Program-made: the position numbers and the translations under genes
Notes under the pieces: generated by a model
What the model was told of the DNA's origin: nothing
Database searches by the model: none
What the model saw: the letters and a program-made list of their open reading frames with translations, nothing else
Shown: positions 1-8,994 of the stretch, in pieces
Position numbering within the stretch: the stretch's first letter is position 1
Layout: each line of letters starts with the position of its first letter
From: an uncultured Dehalococcoidales bacterium
GTDB taxonomy: Bacteria > Chloroflexota > Dehalococcoidia > E44-bin15
Length of the DNA stretch: 64,000 nt
Direction: 5' to 3'
Assembly: GCA_964428725.1 (NCBI GenBank)
Contig: CAYRYW010000002.1
Location: forward strand, 27,733 to 91,732

Positions 1-195
1 GCCGTGGACCCGTGGAAATTGCGTGAGGATGGGTCAAACAACTGGAGTGTCCACTACTTTGACCGCATGGGGCGATGGACGGCCAGTGCAACAGGCATGA
101 GCAAGGCCGACGCAAAAAAGAAGGCAGCAAAAAAGCGGCGTAAGGCACGCCAGAAGATTGCCCAAAAACATTCAACCAGGTTAAGCAACGGCTGA
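1..195 (+). CDS. hypothetical protein, 3' end of gene starting upstream of window (basic K/R-rich C-terminus)
   Basis: Frame-1 ORF open from window start to stop at 195; same strand and packing as downstream genes. Confidence 0.35.
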   Translation, partial: AVDPWKLREDGSNNWSVHYFDRMGRWTASATGMSKADAKKKAAKKRRKARQKIAQKHSTRLSNG

Positions 196-210
196 GAGGC
201 TTGAAGGCGA

Positions 211-489
211 ATGAAGAAGAAATACTGGAAAAAGGTAACGCCGGACTGCACCAGGGGCTGGGGACTGAAGAAGCAGGGCCGGTTGTTCAGGAACAAGGAC
301 CGAGTCCGGCTAGAGGTTACCAAGCGACAGATCGGGCCTGGCATGACCTTTGGTGCAATCACAGAGCGATTCGAGTTGCGTGTACACGACAACGTAACGG
401 GGGTTGAATGCGTGATAGAGGATGACTTCCGAAGCGAGATCGAAGCCGTCACCGAGGCCGCCCAGTTGTTCAGGCTGGAGAAGTGGTAA
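211..489 (+). CDS. hypothetical small protein
   Basis: 92-aa ORF, ATG preceded by purine-rich GAAGG; fits gene packing. Confidence 0.4.
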   Translation: MKKKYWKKVTPDCTRGWGLKKQGRLFRNKDRVRLEVTKRQIGPGMTFGAITERFELRVHDNVTGVECVIEDDFRSEIEAVTEAAQLFRLEKW

Positions 490-504
490 GGAATAGAGAA
501 GAAG

Positions 505-987
505 ATGAAAGAAAACAGAGAGTTCAAGATGAGTTGTTACTTGTGCAAGCGGCACGAGCCTAGCATGGGGGCCGACGGTGTTCATTGTCGGGCCAAGGGT
601 TTCGAAATTGACCATGAGCGTGCCGTGAGTATTAGGTGTGAGATGTTCGAGCGCATGGCGGCGTCGGAGTGGCGCTATTGGTGGGTATGGAACAAGGATA
701 AGTACTCCAAGGGGATATACGCGAGCAAGGATGGAACGCCTGATAAGCAAGCCTCTCCATACCAGTTAGAGATAGAGCAGCCCTCATGCCCGGAGAAGCC
801 GGTAGAGCCAGACTGGCCGAATGGTTGGTACTGGGTGAAGGATGAAAACGGGCGAGAGTTGTTCCGTAGAAAAAGCGGCTATCATGCCTACGATAAGTAC
901 AACGGAAGGCGCGAAGAATGGGATTGCTATGAGGTGGTAGCCAGCTTTAATGGAGTCAAGTTCGTCAATGAGGAGGATGACAGATGA
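505..987 (+). CDS. hypothetical protein (Cys/His-containing N-terminus)
   Basis: 160-aa ORF; stop overlaps next start (ATGA at 984). Confidence 0.5.
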   Translation: MKENREFKMSCYLCKRHEPSMGADGVHCRAKGFEIDHERAVSIRCEMFERMAASEWRYWWVWNKDKYSKGIYASKDGTPDKQASPYQLEIEQPSCPEKPVEPDWPNGWYWVKDENGRELFRRKSGYHAYDKYNGRREEWDCYEVVASFNGVKFVNEEDDR

Positions 988-1412
988 TATACAAGAAAAG
1001 ACCGTTAAAGGTAGATGCAGAGCGTTGGTACAAGGTTGAGTACGACAGGCAGGCGGGGCAGAATACGCAGCCGATCTATCACCTAGACGTTGGGCACTTT
1101 CGGGATCCGGAGGTTGACGGCCAGGAGATGTGCGATCTGTGTAACAATGAAATGTACAAACACGGATGGATAGATAAGTACGACGGTAGTGGGCATGTGG
1201 TTTGTCCGGAGGACTGGGTTGTGACCGAGATAGATGGATCCAAGGTTCCGTACAAGCTTCACGATTTCGAAAAGTCCCATGAGCCCAACCTCGCATATGC
1301 TGTTTCGGCGCTCAGGGACAATTTCGAGAGAGACGCCGTTGTCTTGATAGAGAGAGTTGGCTCAGGAATGAGGTTCACCCCGATGGAGGGCGACGAAGAG
1401 ATCATCGGGTAA
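984..1412 (+). CDS. hypothetical protein
   Basis: 142-aa ORF, ATGA overlap with upstream gene. Confidence 0.5.
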   Translation: MIYKKRPLKVDAERWYKVEYDRQAGQNTQPIYHLDVGHFRDPEVDGQEMCDLCNNEMYKHGWIDKYDGSGHVVCPEDWVVTEIDGSKVPYKLHDFEKSHEPNLAYAVSALRDNFERDAVVLIERVGSGMRFTPMEGDEEIIG

Positions 1413-1419
1413 AGGAGGC

Positions 1420-1869
1420 GTGATGCCTGGTACAGATATTGGTTTCTGGTTGTTCCTGGTCAGCCTGATCCCTAGCTTTCTAATGCTTGTGGTTGTTGGG
1501 GTGATCACGTGGATACAAATCAAGTACAAGAATAGGCTATGGGGGGTGAACTGGGTCATTGCTTTCGGGGTCATGCTGATTGTGTTTTGGGCAACCTTTG
1601 GGTCTTACGGGCCGGGGATCGCGCCGGATCTCCCGCCACCGTCTGAGGAGGGGGTCAATGTGAGGATGGAGAGTGTTCCGCCAGAGGATGTAGGAGGCGC
1701 GGCGGCCAAGGCAGAGAGCAAGGTTCCCCCGGTGCTTAAGCAGGTGCGGGAAACCGCTCAGGGCGGGGCCGGGCCAGAGAAGATTGACGAAGACGAGAAG
1801 TTCAAGCGGACTCTTGAGAATGCACTCAGGATCCAAGACAATAAAAAGCGGAGAAAAGCCAAGAAATAG
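1420..1869 (+). CDS. membrane protein (2 TM helices, Pro/Glu-rich tail)
   Basis: AAGGAGG SD 6 nt upstream of ATG; hydrophobic N-terminal segments. Confidence 0.55.
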   Translation: MMPGTDIGFWLFLVSLIPSFLMLVVVGVITWIQIKYKNRLWGVNWVIAFGVMLIVFWATFGSYGPGIAPDLPPPSEEGVNVRMESVPPEDVGGAAAKAESKVPPVLKQVRETAQGGAGPEKIDEDEKFKRTLENALRIQDNKKRRKAKK

Positions 1870-1908
1870 CCCCCCCTTTCTTTCTTTCCGCAAAAGCACT
1901 TCCCCCTG

Positions 1909-1937
1909 TTGACAAACCACTAACGAGGCTGTAAATT
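1909..1937 (+). promoter_or_regulatory. sigma70-like promoter TTGACA-N17-TAAATT
   Basis: ctgTTGACAaa ... 17 nt ... ctgTAAATT, 45 nt upstream of the 1984 gene; same extended consensus recurs at 3446 and 15272. Confidence 0.45.
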
Positions 1938-1983
1938 AGCAATGAGAGCACAGCCCGAAGTTGACCGCTGAAAGGGGTTTCAG

Positions 1984-2643
1984 ATGAATAGTGAATTTAA
2001 AGACAGGGTAGCTTCTGATGTGGAGGCCATCGACAGTAACAACAGTAACAAGGGGATTATGTATTCACTAAACGATATGACTTACCAGTCTCCTCTTAGC
2101 GATCGATACTCTGTTAAATTCTTCAACAAGATATGGGGCAAGAAGTTGATTCTCTCGGCGACCGAGGTTGCCAGGTTGGACGCCAGTGATTCAGACAAGA
2201 TCTCTATTCTTCTTTCTAAGGTTAAAGACGAGGCGGCGATCCTGTGGGCCATTGAGTGTGTGAAGAACTCGGTCTGTCATGTCAATATGGCAAGGGCTGA
2301 GTTTGGGGTAGAGGTAGATAGCCGCTTTGACAGGGCGCTGTGGGCATTGTCTTCGACGGTAGCGTGCGGGAGCGACCACCCCGGCCTGAGCCGGATACGT
2401 GAAGACTGTGCGCGATTCAAGGCCGAGGAGGGGGACTATGAGTCAAGTTGTATAGCGGGGGCAGTGAACGATCTGTTCATCGCTGTCAGGAGACTCCGCG
2501 AGGATGTTGAGGTCGAGGGTGACGGCGCGGATGATACCATAGTCGAGATGGCAGAGAACGCTGCTGCGCTGGCGATGTTCAGTGACGAGGAAGAGAGGTG
2601 GCAATTGAACCTTCTCGTCAAGATGGCAGGAGGCCAGGTATGA
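1984..2643 (+). CDS. hypothetical protein
   Basis: 219-aa ORF downstream of promoter-like element. Confidence 0.5.
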   Translation: MNSEFKDRVASDVEAIDSNNSNKGIMYSLNDMTYQSPLSDRYSVKFFNKIWGKKLILSATEVARLDASDSDKISILLSKVKDEAAILWAIECVKNSVCHVNMARAEFGVEVDSRFDRALWALSSTVACGSDHPGLSRIREDCARFKAEEGDYESSCIAGAVNDLFIAVRRLREDVEVEGDGADDTIVEMAENAAALAMFSDEEERWQLNLLVKMAGGQV

Positions 2644-2724
2644 TCGACTGCCCAGGGGCAAGGGCGGAGACGACAGAAGAGAATGAAGGCAATGTTGCCG
2701 GTTAACAGCTGAAAGGAAACGAAG

Positions 2725-2952
2725 ATGGAAAGCAATCAAGGAATCAATCAAGTTGAGAAAACCACAACCATTCAGCAGACGAGCAAGAGTATCAAGCTGA
2801 TGTCTCTGGCTGGCACTCTAATGTTCTGGGGAGGGCTCGCGTTCACGATATGGGGAGGGGACGTGATGAAGGTTGTGGGATTTCTTTCGGTGGTGTCTGG
2901 GGTGATCATGGTAATCGGAGCCAAGATCTCCAAGTGGTGGTATCACAGCTAG
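2725..2952 (+). CDS. small membrane protein (2 TM)
   Basis: 75-aa ORF with two hydrophobic helices; GGAAACGAAG upstream. Confidence 0.45.
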   Translation: MESNQGINQVEKTTTIQQTSKSIKLMSLAGTLMFWGGLAFTIWGGDVMKVVGFLSVVSGVIMVIGAKISKWWYHS

Positions 2953-2967
2953 AGGTGGGTGGCTTTC

Positions 2968-2986
2968 TCGCGAACTCAAGTTCGCA
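2968..2986 (+). repeat. conserved palindromic hairpin motif GCGAACTCAAGTTCGC (copy 1/12)
   Basis: 6-bp stem GCGAAC/GTTCGC with 4-nt loop, immediately after stop of 2725..2952. Confidence 0.7.
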
Positions 2987-3007
2987 AAATAAGGAGACGA
3001 AGAGTCA

Positions 3008-3403
3008 ATGTTAAAGGGTACATCTGGTCGAGAAGTCGTGTTTCATATCCAGGATGGCAAGCAGCACTTAATCTCTCCTCCTCCAGGTTGGGAGCGCGGA
3101 GAGGTGAGGAGCGATGGTGCTGCTTGGGTTAACAGGAAGAAGTCGATGAGTGTCATTGCGAGCATCTCTGTTGAATCAGATGGCAAGCACTGGCTTCATG
3201 TGTCTTGTGCACATTTTAGAAGGATGCCGACCTATGAAGAGATGGCGATGGTGAAGAATGTTTTTGTCGGCAGAGACAAGTACGCGATCAGCGTGATGCC
3301 TCCAACCGAAAAGCATGTGAATATTCATAGGTACTGCCTTCACTGGTGGTCCTGCATGGATGGGCATCCGCTTCCGGAGTTTTCCTCTGGCGGAACCATC
3401 TGA
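3008..3403 (+). CDS. hypothetical protein (His/Cys-rich)
   Basis: 131-aa ORF; AAGGAGACGAAG SD-like upstream. Confidence 0.5.
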   Translation: MLKGTSGREVVFHIQDGKQHLISPPPGWERGEVRSDGAAWVNRKKSMSVIASISVESDGKHWLHVSCAHFRRMPTYEEMAMVKNVFVGRDKYAISVMPPTEKHVNIHRYCLHWWSCMDGHPLPEFSSGGTI

Positions 3404-3418
3404 ACTCGCCTCTAGTTT

Positions 3419-3435
3419 CGCGAACTCAAGTTCGC
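3419..3435 (+). repeat. palindromic hairpin motif copy 2/12
   Basis: CGCGAACTCAAGTTCGC 15 nt after stop of 3008..3403, directly abutting a promoter. Confidence 0.7.
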
Positions 3436-3445
3436 AATATTCATG

Positions 3446-3474
3446 TTGACAAAAGAATAACACGGTTGTAATTT
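3446..3474 (+). promoter_or_regulatory. sigma70-like promoter TTGACA-N17-TAATTT
   Basis: tgTTGACAaaag...ggttgTAATTT, 10 nt downstream of hairpin motif. Confidence 0.45.
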
Positions 3475-3523
3475 TCGGGCACAGTGTCTCGGGCGATTGA
3501 TGTCCGATTGAAGGGGTGCGTCG

Positions 3524-3931
3524 ATGACCAGTGAAGAATTGTTGATGTTGAAGGAAAGTCCGGGTTTTGCTTACATAGCTGCTCCGTATTCGCATGAATC
3601 ACAGGCGATCACTTTAGGGCGCGTGAGGATCGTCAATGCCGTGTGTGCTGCATTGATGAAAGAGGGCGTTCATCTGTTCTCTCCCATTAGTCACTGTCAT
3701 CCAATTATGAAGGCGGGCAATCTGCCTGGGGACTTCGGTTTCTGGGGTGGTTACAACAGGAAGATGCTCAGTCATTCGGAGCATTTTGTTGTCTTGGAGC
3801 TAAAGGGTTGGAAGGAATCGGATGGTGTTAACGGCGAATCCAAGACGGCCAAGGGGCTCCATGTTCCACGCATAGGAATAAGCTGGGAAGAGATTTGCGA
3901 CAGGTGGCTGGATCAGGCGCTCGGCATTTAG
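3524..3931 (+). CDS. hypothetical protein (possible nucleoside 2-deoxyribosyltransferase-like/DUF1937-like fold; weak)
   Basis: 135-aa ORF; motifs AYIAAPYSH ... LFSPISH reminiscent of that family; from memory only. Confidence 0.4.
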   Translation: MTSEELLMLKESPGFAYIAAPYSHESQAITLGRVRIVNAVCAALMKEGVHLFSPISHCHPIMKAGNLPGDFGFWGGYNRKMLSHSEHFVVLELKGWKESDGVNGESKTAKGLHVPRIGISWEEICDRWLDQALGI

Positions 3932-3992
3932 GGCTCGGTTGAAAGATGTTGTTGTTTACCTGGGCAGGGTGCCCGGTGTTGAGGAGGAAAGA

Positions 3993-4625
3993 ATGTTCGA
4001 GAATGTAGAAATCGGAGACAAGATCGTAGCGTATCGCGGCAATTACACGGATAAGATCCTTGTTACCGTGACCGACATAACCAACAAGTACATTAATACT
4101 CGCTGTGATCGCGGTGATAGAAGTGAGCGGGACGCTCGCTGGCATAAGTCTGATGGAGTTAGGACAAGATCAAGCAATGTAAAAGATGCCAACAAAGAGA
4201 GGATCACAGACGATGAAGAAGTTGTTGCCGAAGTTGAGAGGGTGTGGGCAGACGAGAATGAGCGACAGAGTCTTTTGAGAGAGAACAGAACAACTGCTGC
4301 AATCATACGGTCACTTTGTATTGACTTGGATTTGCCTGGCAATAGGGTTGCTGGCTGTATGCTCGGCAATGTCATAATTGCCTTAAAAGACCTTGGGAGG
4401 GTGGCAGGCGGAGATGAGCCTGCAAAAAGAAGCAATGGGCGTTATCCGCATCCGAAGTGTCCCTCTTGTGGCAAGCCCATGAATAAAACCATGACCAAGG
4501 GGAAGGCTGTAAAGCCGACCGATCCGTGGGCGTTTTGCCGAAACAAAGGATGCAAGCTGCATGGTAAGGATCAGATACTAAGAGGGAAGCTCAGGAAGCT
4601 CAAAAAGAAGAGCAAATCTTCCTAG
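3993..4625 (+). CDS. hypothetical protein with C-terminal zinc ribbon (CPSCG...C..GC)
   Basis: GAGGAGG SD 6 nt before ATG 3993 (ORF open from 3939). Confidence 0.5.
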   Translation: MFENVEIGDKIVAYRGNYTDKILVTVTDITNKYINTRCDRGDRSERDARWHKSDGVRTRSSNVKDANKERITDDEEVVAEVERVWADENERQSLLRENRTTAAIIRSLCIDLDLPGNRVAGCMLGNVIIALKDLGRVAGGDEPAKRSNGRYPHPKCPSCGKPMNKTMTKGKAVKPTDPWAFCRNKGCKLHGKDQILRGKLRKLKKKSKSS

Positions 4626-4645
4626 TCACGGATTGGAGATGACAG

Positions 4646-5056
4646 ATGAGAGTACCAAAGAGGTTCATACCTGGTTTCCCTAGTTGTCGGTTCAAGTGGT
4701 TAGAGAACAAGCTCCGGGATCTGCACTTGAAGCTGTTCCGGGGGTATTACGATGTTTTCATCCCTCCTTCGATGACAAACGGAGGCAAGGGGGTTTATAT
4801 CTGGAATGGCGGCCCTGAGATGACTTCCGATGAGATAGTCAGTGCTCAGCCTTTCACAGGCATGGGAGTGGATTGTCCATGGGAGTTCGTGTCTAGCGAT
4901 GGCACCGAGGAGACCTCGGACGATCTGTGTGTCCAGATAAGCAAGAAATGGCAGGCGTATTTCCTAGCGATTGGACAGCCAGGGGAAGAAGAGCGGTTGG
5001 CCGAGATAAGAGAGATGTCGGATCGGGCGCTCAAGCTCGTGAGGGATCGAGACTGA
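4646..5056 (+). CDS. hypothetical protein
   Basis: 136-aa ORF, TGATG overlap with next gene. Confidence 0.5.
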   Translation: MRVPKRFIPGFPSCRFKWLENKLRDLHLKLFRGYYDVFIPPSMTNGGKGVYIWNGGPEMTSDEIVSAQPFTGMGVDCPWEFVSSDGTEETSDDLCVQISKKWQAYFLAIGQPGEEERLAEIREMSDRALKLVRDRD

Positions 5057-5364
5057 TGGCCTACCGATCTGTTAGGAAGAAAAGGTTACAATCCATCCTC
5101 GGAAACGGCGGAAGCGATCTAGACAGCAGGGATGCGTCTATAAAGTCGATAAGAAAAGCGTTGCGTAAAGGTCTTATAAAAAGGCCGAGCAGGTGTTCGT
5201 ACTGCAAGCGTATCCCAGGTGTCGACGCTAAGGGAAATCCCAAGATAGAGGCTGTGCATCTGAAGGGGTATGCTCCAGAGCACCGTTTTGATTTTGAATG
5301 GTTGTGTGTAAGTTGCAGGTCCAGGGCCGTGTGGGCAAAGAAGAGGAAAGTTCAAAATGGATAG
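5056..5364 (+). CDS. CxxC...H...EHR...CVSCR zinc-ribbon protein (paralog of 11272..11685)
   Basis: Motif C-x2-C-x3-G-D-x2-GN-KI-x-A-H-x-KGY-x2-EHR-D-x2-W-CVSCR shared with 11272 ORF. Confidence 0.5.
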   Translation: MAYRSVRKKRLQSILGNGGSDLDSRDASIKSIRKALRKGLIKRPSRCSYCKRIPGVDAKGNPKIEAVHLKGYAPEHRFDFEWLCVSCRSRAVWAKKRKVQNG

Positions 5365-5536
5365 AGACATAAAGAGGTTCCTGGTTGCGTTGGCAGAATT
5401 CCTAGACGTCCACGACGCGGAGTTCAAGAGCGAGAGCGGAGGCATAAAGGTGTCGATTGGAAGCAATAACTTTGATACCGATCTCACCTTGTCGGCTGAT
5501 GCTGCTCGGTATCTAGTCGAGACGTATGGATCTTGA
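5357..5536 (+). CDS. small hypothetical protein (59 aa)
   Basis: Unlisted ORF ATG 5357 to TGA 5536 filling gap; overlaps neighbours by 8 and 11 nt. Confidence 0.3.
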   Translation: MDRDIKRFLVALAEFLDVHDAEFKSESGGIKVSIGSNNFDTDLTLSADAARYLVETYGS

Positions 5537-5732
5537 TTTTGTTGTCCTTTTGATCCTGGTGGCAGGGTTCGCTTTGCTGATCGTCAAAGGGGTAGCATCG
5601 GAGCGCAGGTTTCGTAGAGGACATCGAGGGTATCGCTGGGGTAGTCATAAGAAGCCTCCGAAGTGGGCGACCTTGAAACGGAGCGGGCGCAAGAAATGGA
5701 AGAAGGTGCTTAGGATGAAGGGTGGAAGATGA
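5526..5732 (+). CDS. small membrane protein with basic tail
   Basis: 68-aa ORF, one TM helix then R/K-rich tail. Confidence 0.4.
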   Translation: MDLDFVVLLILVAGFALLIVKGVASERRFRRGHRGYRWGSHKKPPKWATLKRSGRKKWKKVLRMKGGR

Positions 5733-6187
5733 TCAAATTTGACATTGCGGTCAGGTGCGATATTTGCCCTGAGGACAGATACCGGGCTTTGACAGTGCGG
5801 CTTCCGCCATGTGGGATCGATGAGGAGCCGATAAGGGATCTTCTTTTTTGGGCTAGCAAGGACGCTTGGTTTGGGCTGTGTTGTGATTGCGAGTCGTTGC
5901 CTACATGTGATTATGCTCGCGCTAACTCTACAATGCGCGACTATGACGGCGAGCAATTGCTTCCTGAAACGGTGAAGATTATCAGAGATCTTGGCAATGC
6001 GTTCAACAGTCGAATGCAGCGTTTGGTGGGCTACTATTCCGATGATACCGAGGTGGCTTCGTTGCATATTCTCAGGGACAGGGCCATCGACAGGGGCGAC
6101 ATTGAGGCTGCCATTGAGTGCAGTCGGAGGATGGGCTTTTTGGAAGGGCTAAGGTCTCAGGTTAAGAGTGTGAAATGCGGAAGATAA
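5729..6187 (+). CDS. hypothetical protein (Cys-containing)
   Basis: 152-aa ORF, ATGA overlap. Confidence 0.5.
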   Translation: MIKFDIAVRCDICPEDRYRALTVRLPPCGIDEEPIRDLLFWASKDAWFGLCCDCESLPTCDYARANSTMRDYDGEQLLPETVKIIRDLGNAFNSRMQRLVGYYSDDTEVASLHILRDRAIDRGDIEAAIECSRRMGFLEGLRSQVKSVKCGR

Positions 6188-6471
6188 AGCGAAAGAAAAA
6201 GAAACCCGTGGAAGAATTGCACAGTGGCAGGCTCAACAGGTGTCTGGACTGTGATGCCATGTGGAACAGTGGGAACAAATACTACAAGGGGTTTCCTGTA
6301 AAGAACGAGACTTCTCCTACTGCTACAGATGAGGGGTTCATTCGGTCTTCCGGGCCTTTCGTTTCTTCTGATACAGAGTGCGTTCATTGCGGCTCTGAAA
6401 ATGTGGTAGAGAACGGGAAGGAGAGGGAGAATGAAGGACGGAATGACAGATGCAGTGTCACAGGATTTTAG
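6175..6471 (+). CDS. hypothetical protein (basic N-terminus, CxxC pairs)
   Basis: 98-aa ORF. Confidence 0.4.
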   Translation: MRKIKRKKKKPVEELHSGRLNRCLDCDAMWNSGNKYYKGFPVKNETSPTATDEGFIRSSGPFVSSDTECVHCGSENVVENGKERENEGRNDRCSVTGF

Positions 6472-6679
6472 CGCTAAGTTCGACGCCTTGATAATCAGGG
6501 CGGCGACGATTCGAAGTAAGAGCACATACCCTTTGCCGAAGAGGGCATCGGAGGCGGTCAGGAGGATCGAGGCGGGCATGGAGAGCAGGGATCCGCTGTC
6601 CGTGTTTACAATGATCAGCGACCTTAGCTATTTCATCGGGTACATGGAGGCTCTTACAGATCCCAAGGGTGGCAAGTGA
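6431..6679 (+). CDS. hypothetical protein
   Basis: 82-aa ORF; GGAGAGGGAG SD-like before ATG. Confidence 0.4.
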   Translation: MKDGMTDAVSQDFSAKFDALIIRAATIRSKSTYPLPKRASEAVRRIEAGMESRDPLSVFTMISDLSYFIGYMEALTDPKGGK

Positions 6680-7041
6680 TGTGCAACTGCTTCAAGTGTA
6701 GGCATCACAGGATACGCGGTGATGGTGCATTGATATGCAAAAAGGATGGCGAGTATCTCGATCCGGAGACCCAAGGCAAGTGTATCGAGGAGTGCAAGTG
6801 CATTGGGTTCGAGGAGGATCTGGAATACTCGAACTGCCTTGAGTGTGACCTTTTGTTCGAAATACAGGGACGCAAGGGAATGTACTTGTGCGAAGGCAAT
6901 ACGCGTCGATTCGGAAACGGGTTGGTGGATGTCTCGGAGCCTGGGGTAAGGGCGCTCATGCGTGAAAGGGGGTGTGGCTGTTTTTCCCAAAAAGAGAAGG
7001 CTTCCCAGTCTTCACGGGAAGAAGCAAAGGAGCCAAGATGA
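6676..7041 (+). CDS. Cys-rich hypothetical protein (11 Cys in first 75 aa)
   Basis: 121-aa ORF, ATGA overlap. Confidence 0.5.
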   Translation: MMCNCFKCRHHRIRGDGALICKKDGEYLDPETQGKCIEECKCIGFEEDLEYSNCLECDLLFEIQGRKGMYLCEGNTRRFGNGLVDVSEPGVRALMRERGCGCFSQKEKASQSSREEAKEPR

Positions 7042-7044
7042 GCG

Positions 7045-7437
7045 ATGGGGACCCGAATGTTTGAGGACACAAAAGTCGGAGATACACTGGTCGTGAGGAC
7101 GAGTGGGTTCAAGGAACACGCTTACGAGACGGTCAAGGTGACGAGGATTACCAAGGCATCTGTTTTTACAGTGCTGAAGGATGGAGCGGCTGAGGTTCGG
7201 TGGTTCAGGAGTAACGGACGCCAGTATGGGGGCACTCATGACCGGTGGCATCCTCGCATGTTGTCGGACAATCCGAGGGATCTCACGAGGGCGCGGCGGT
7301 ACAGGAAGATGGATAGGCTATCTAGGCTGTGCAACTACATCTCTAGTCGTGCTGGCGGGTTGACAGATGAGGACTTAGATGCGGTTTTGCGTCAGCTGAG
7401 TGCTATACGTGATCAGTTTTTCATGGACAAGAAGTAG
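7045..7437 (+). CDS. hypothetical protein (paralogous to 14833..15216)
   Basis: 130-aa ORF; shares KVGD...T.T.....DG.....RW N-terminal pattern with 14833 ORF. Confidence 0.5.
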   Translation: MGTRMFEDTKVGDTLVVRTSGFKEHAYETVKVTRITKASVFTVLKDGAAEVRWFRSNGRQYGGTHDRWHPRMLSDNPRDLTRARRYRKMDRLSRLCNYISSRAGGLTDEDLDAVLRQLSAIRDQFFMDKK

Positions 7438-7440
7438 CAT

Positions 7441-7986
7441 ATGGAAAAGGAGGCGGTAATGGACCAGAAATTTATAAGTTTCATGCTTGAAAGACTAGGC
7501 GGGGAAGCGGCTGCACGGGAGGAGTACGAGAAGGCTCGTCCGGTGGAGATTGCCTTTGAGCTACCCGGCGAAGTGGTCACGATGATCGACAAGCAAGCTA
7601 GCGAGAAGGGTGTAGCCAAAAGCGAGGTCGTGGAGACGGCTGTGAGGGCATACGATGCGAGCGACAGAGCGCCTAAGAAGAAAAGACTGAATCTTGCTCC
7701 GGTTGAGAAGGTTATAAACGACGAGTGCGTTCTCAGGGTTTTGACTATCCAGACGGAGGGCGGCGGATCTGTTTTCATGACAGCTGTTCAGGTGGCTGAT
7801 TGCATTGACCACCTCGACAGGAACACCGCGAGGTCAACGCTGGATAGGCTGGTGCACTTCGGTAAAGTCATGCTTGACAAGAGGGGTCGCACGAACGAGT
7901 ACAAGATCAATCCTGAATACGTGAGGACGATTGATGTTCTGAGGGACGTTGTTGCCGGTGTCCTTAATGGAGAAGGTGAGTCCTGA
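7441..7986 (+). CDS. putative transcriptional regulator, ribbon-helix-helix N-terminus + winged-helix C-terminus
   Basis: GEVVTMIDKQASEKGVAKSEVVETAVRAY resembles CopG/Arc RHH; C-term RSTLDRLVHFGKVMLDKRGRTNEYKI wHTH-like. Confidence 0.45.
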   Translation: MEKEAVMDQKFISFMLERLGGEAAAREEYEKARPVEIAFELPGEVVTMIDKQASEKGVAKSEVVETAVRAYDASDRAPKKKRLNLAPVEKVINDECVLRVLTIQTEGGGSVFMTAVQVADCIDHLDRNTARSTLDRLVHFGKVMLDKRGRTNEYKINPEYVRTIDVLRDVVAGVLNGEGES

Positions 7987-8306
7987 TGGCCGACGACATA
8001 CTCTCCGTCAAGGAGTACCCAGGCAGCATTTATATGCGGCGCGGGAAAGAGGGTCTTGATGGGTGGGGGGTTACTCGTGAGACAGGTAGCGATATAGAGT
8101 ACATCCGAGGGGACATCGTGCGGGCCAGCGCGGCGCGTGCTGCGTTTATGTGGCACCACTTGACCGAGCGGGCAGGGTTGGCGCTTGCGGAGCTGAAAGG
8201 CGACTGTGAGGCCAATTGCAGAAACCCAGGGAAGTGCGACGAAGTGGAGCATTGCTACATTCGAAGCGCGATGGATATTCTTAAGAAGATGACAGGAGAG
8301 GGGTAG
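7986..8306 (+). CDS. hypothetical protein
   Basis: 106-aa ORF, TGATG overlap. Confidence 0.45.
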   Translation: MADDILSVKEYPGSIYMRRGKEGLDGWGVTRETGSDIEYIRGDIVRASAARAAFMWHHLTERAGLALAELKGDCEANCRNPGKCDEVEHCYIRSAMDILKKMTGEG

Positions 8307-8309
8307 CAG

Positions 8310-8561
8310 ATGGTGAGCGAAAAAGGTCTCTCAGAAGAAGAAAAGGCCGACCTGGACAAAGCCATTAGGGCGATGCTCAAGAAGGCTCGTGATCGTGGCG
8401 ATATTACGACGGAGCACTTCGTTAGTGTACCTCGCTCTAAGATCGTGGAGAGGCTCGACTCGTTTTGTGCGCATCATTGTCATGGCCGAGACGAGGGGTG
8501 CGATCCAGAGCGATGCCCGGTGGTTCAGGTTGTAGAGATGATAAAGTGGGACAAGGAATAG
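8310..8561 (+). CDS. hypothetical protein (C-terminal HHCHGRDEGCDPERC metal-binding-like)
   Basis: 83-aa ORF. Confidence 0.45.
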   Translation: MVSEKGLSEEEKADLDKAIRAMLKKARDRGDITTEHFVSVPRSKIVERLDSFCAHHCHGRDEGCDPERCPVVQVVEMIKWDKE

Positions 8562-8563
8562 GA

Positions 8564-8779
8564 ATGAAAATCAGCTCTGAATTAAGGTCTCATCTTGAGA
8601 TAGGGGTTCTCTTTCTGGCTCTGGTCTTGTTGATTGTTTGGCTCTCGACGAGGGGAGCTATCTGGGACACTTGCGAGTCGGAGTGCGCCCCGTACACGGT
8701 GGCGTTGTGCAGTCGAAAACTTGCTGTGTGTAAAACTGTTGACGGTTACTCCGTCAGGGAGAAAAAAGGTAAATTCTAA
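8564..8779 (+). CDS. small membrane-anchored Cys-rich protein
   Basis: ATG 8564 after GGAATAGGA; TM helix then CESECAPYTVALCSRKLAVCKTVDG. Confidence 0.4.
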   Translation: MKISSELRSHLEIGVLFLALVLLIVWLSTRGAIWDTCESECAPYTVALCSRKLAVCKTVDGYSVREKKGKF

Positions 8780-8780
8780 G

Positions 8781-8972
8781 ATGAAACAGACATTTTTAGA
8801 TTACACGTGTACACGAGAAACAGAGAAGGCGATCCTTGTCGAAGACGGTGGCGGGGAAGAGACATGGATCCCCAAATCACAGATCGACGACGATAGCGAG
8901 GTCTACAAAATGGGCACGGAGGGCGACCTGGTTATCTCGGAGTTTTTCGCTGGCAAGCTAGGGTGGTTGTAG
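8781..8972 (+). CDS. small acidic hypothetical protein
   Basis: 63-aa ORF from ATG 8781. Confidence 0.3.
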   Translation: MKQTFLDYTCTRETEKAILVEDGGGEETWIPKSQIDDDSEVYKMGTEGDLVISEFFAGKLGWL

Positions 8973-8994
8973 GGCTGCCAGAAAGAGGATTTAG

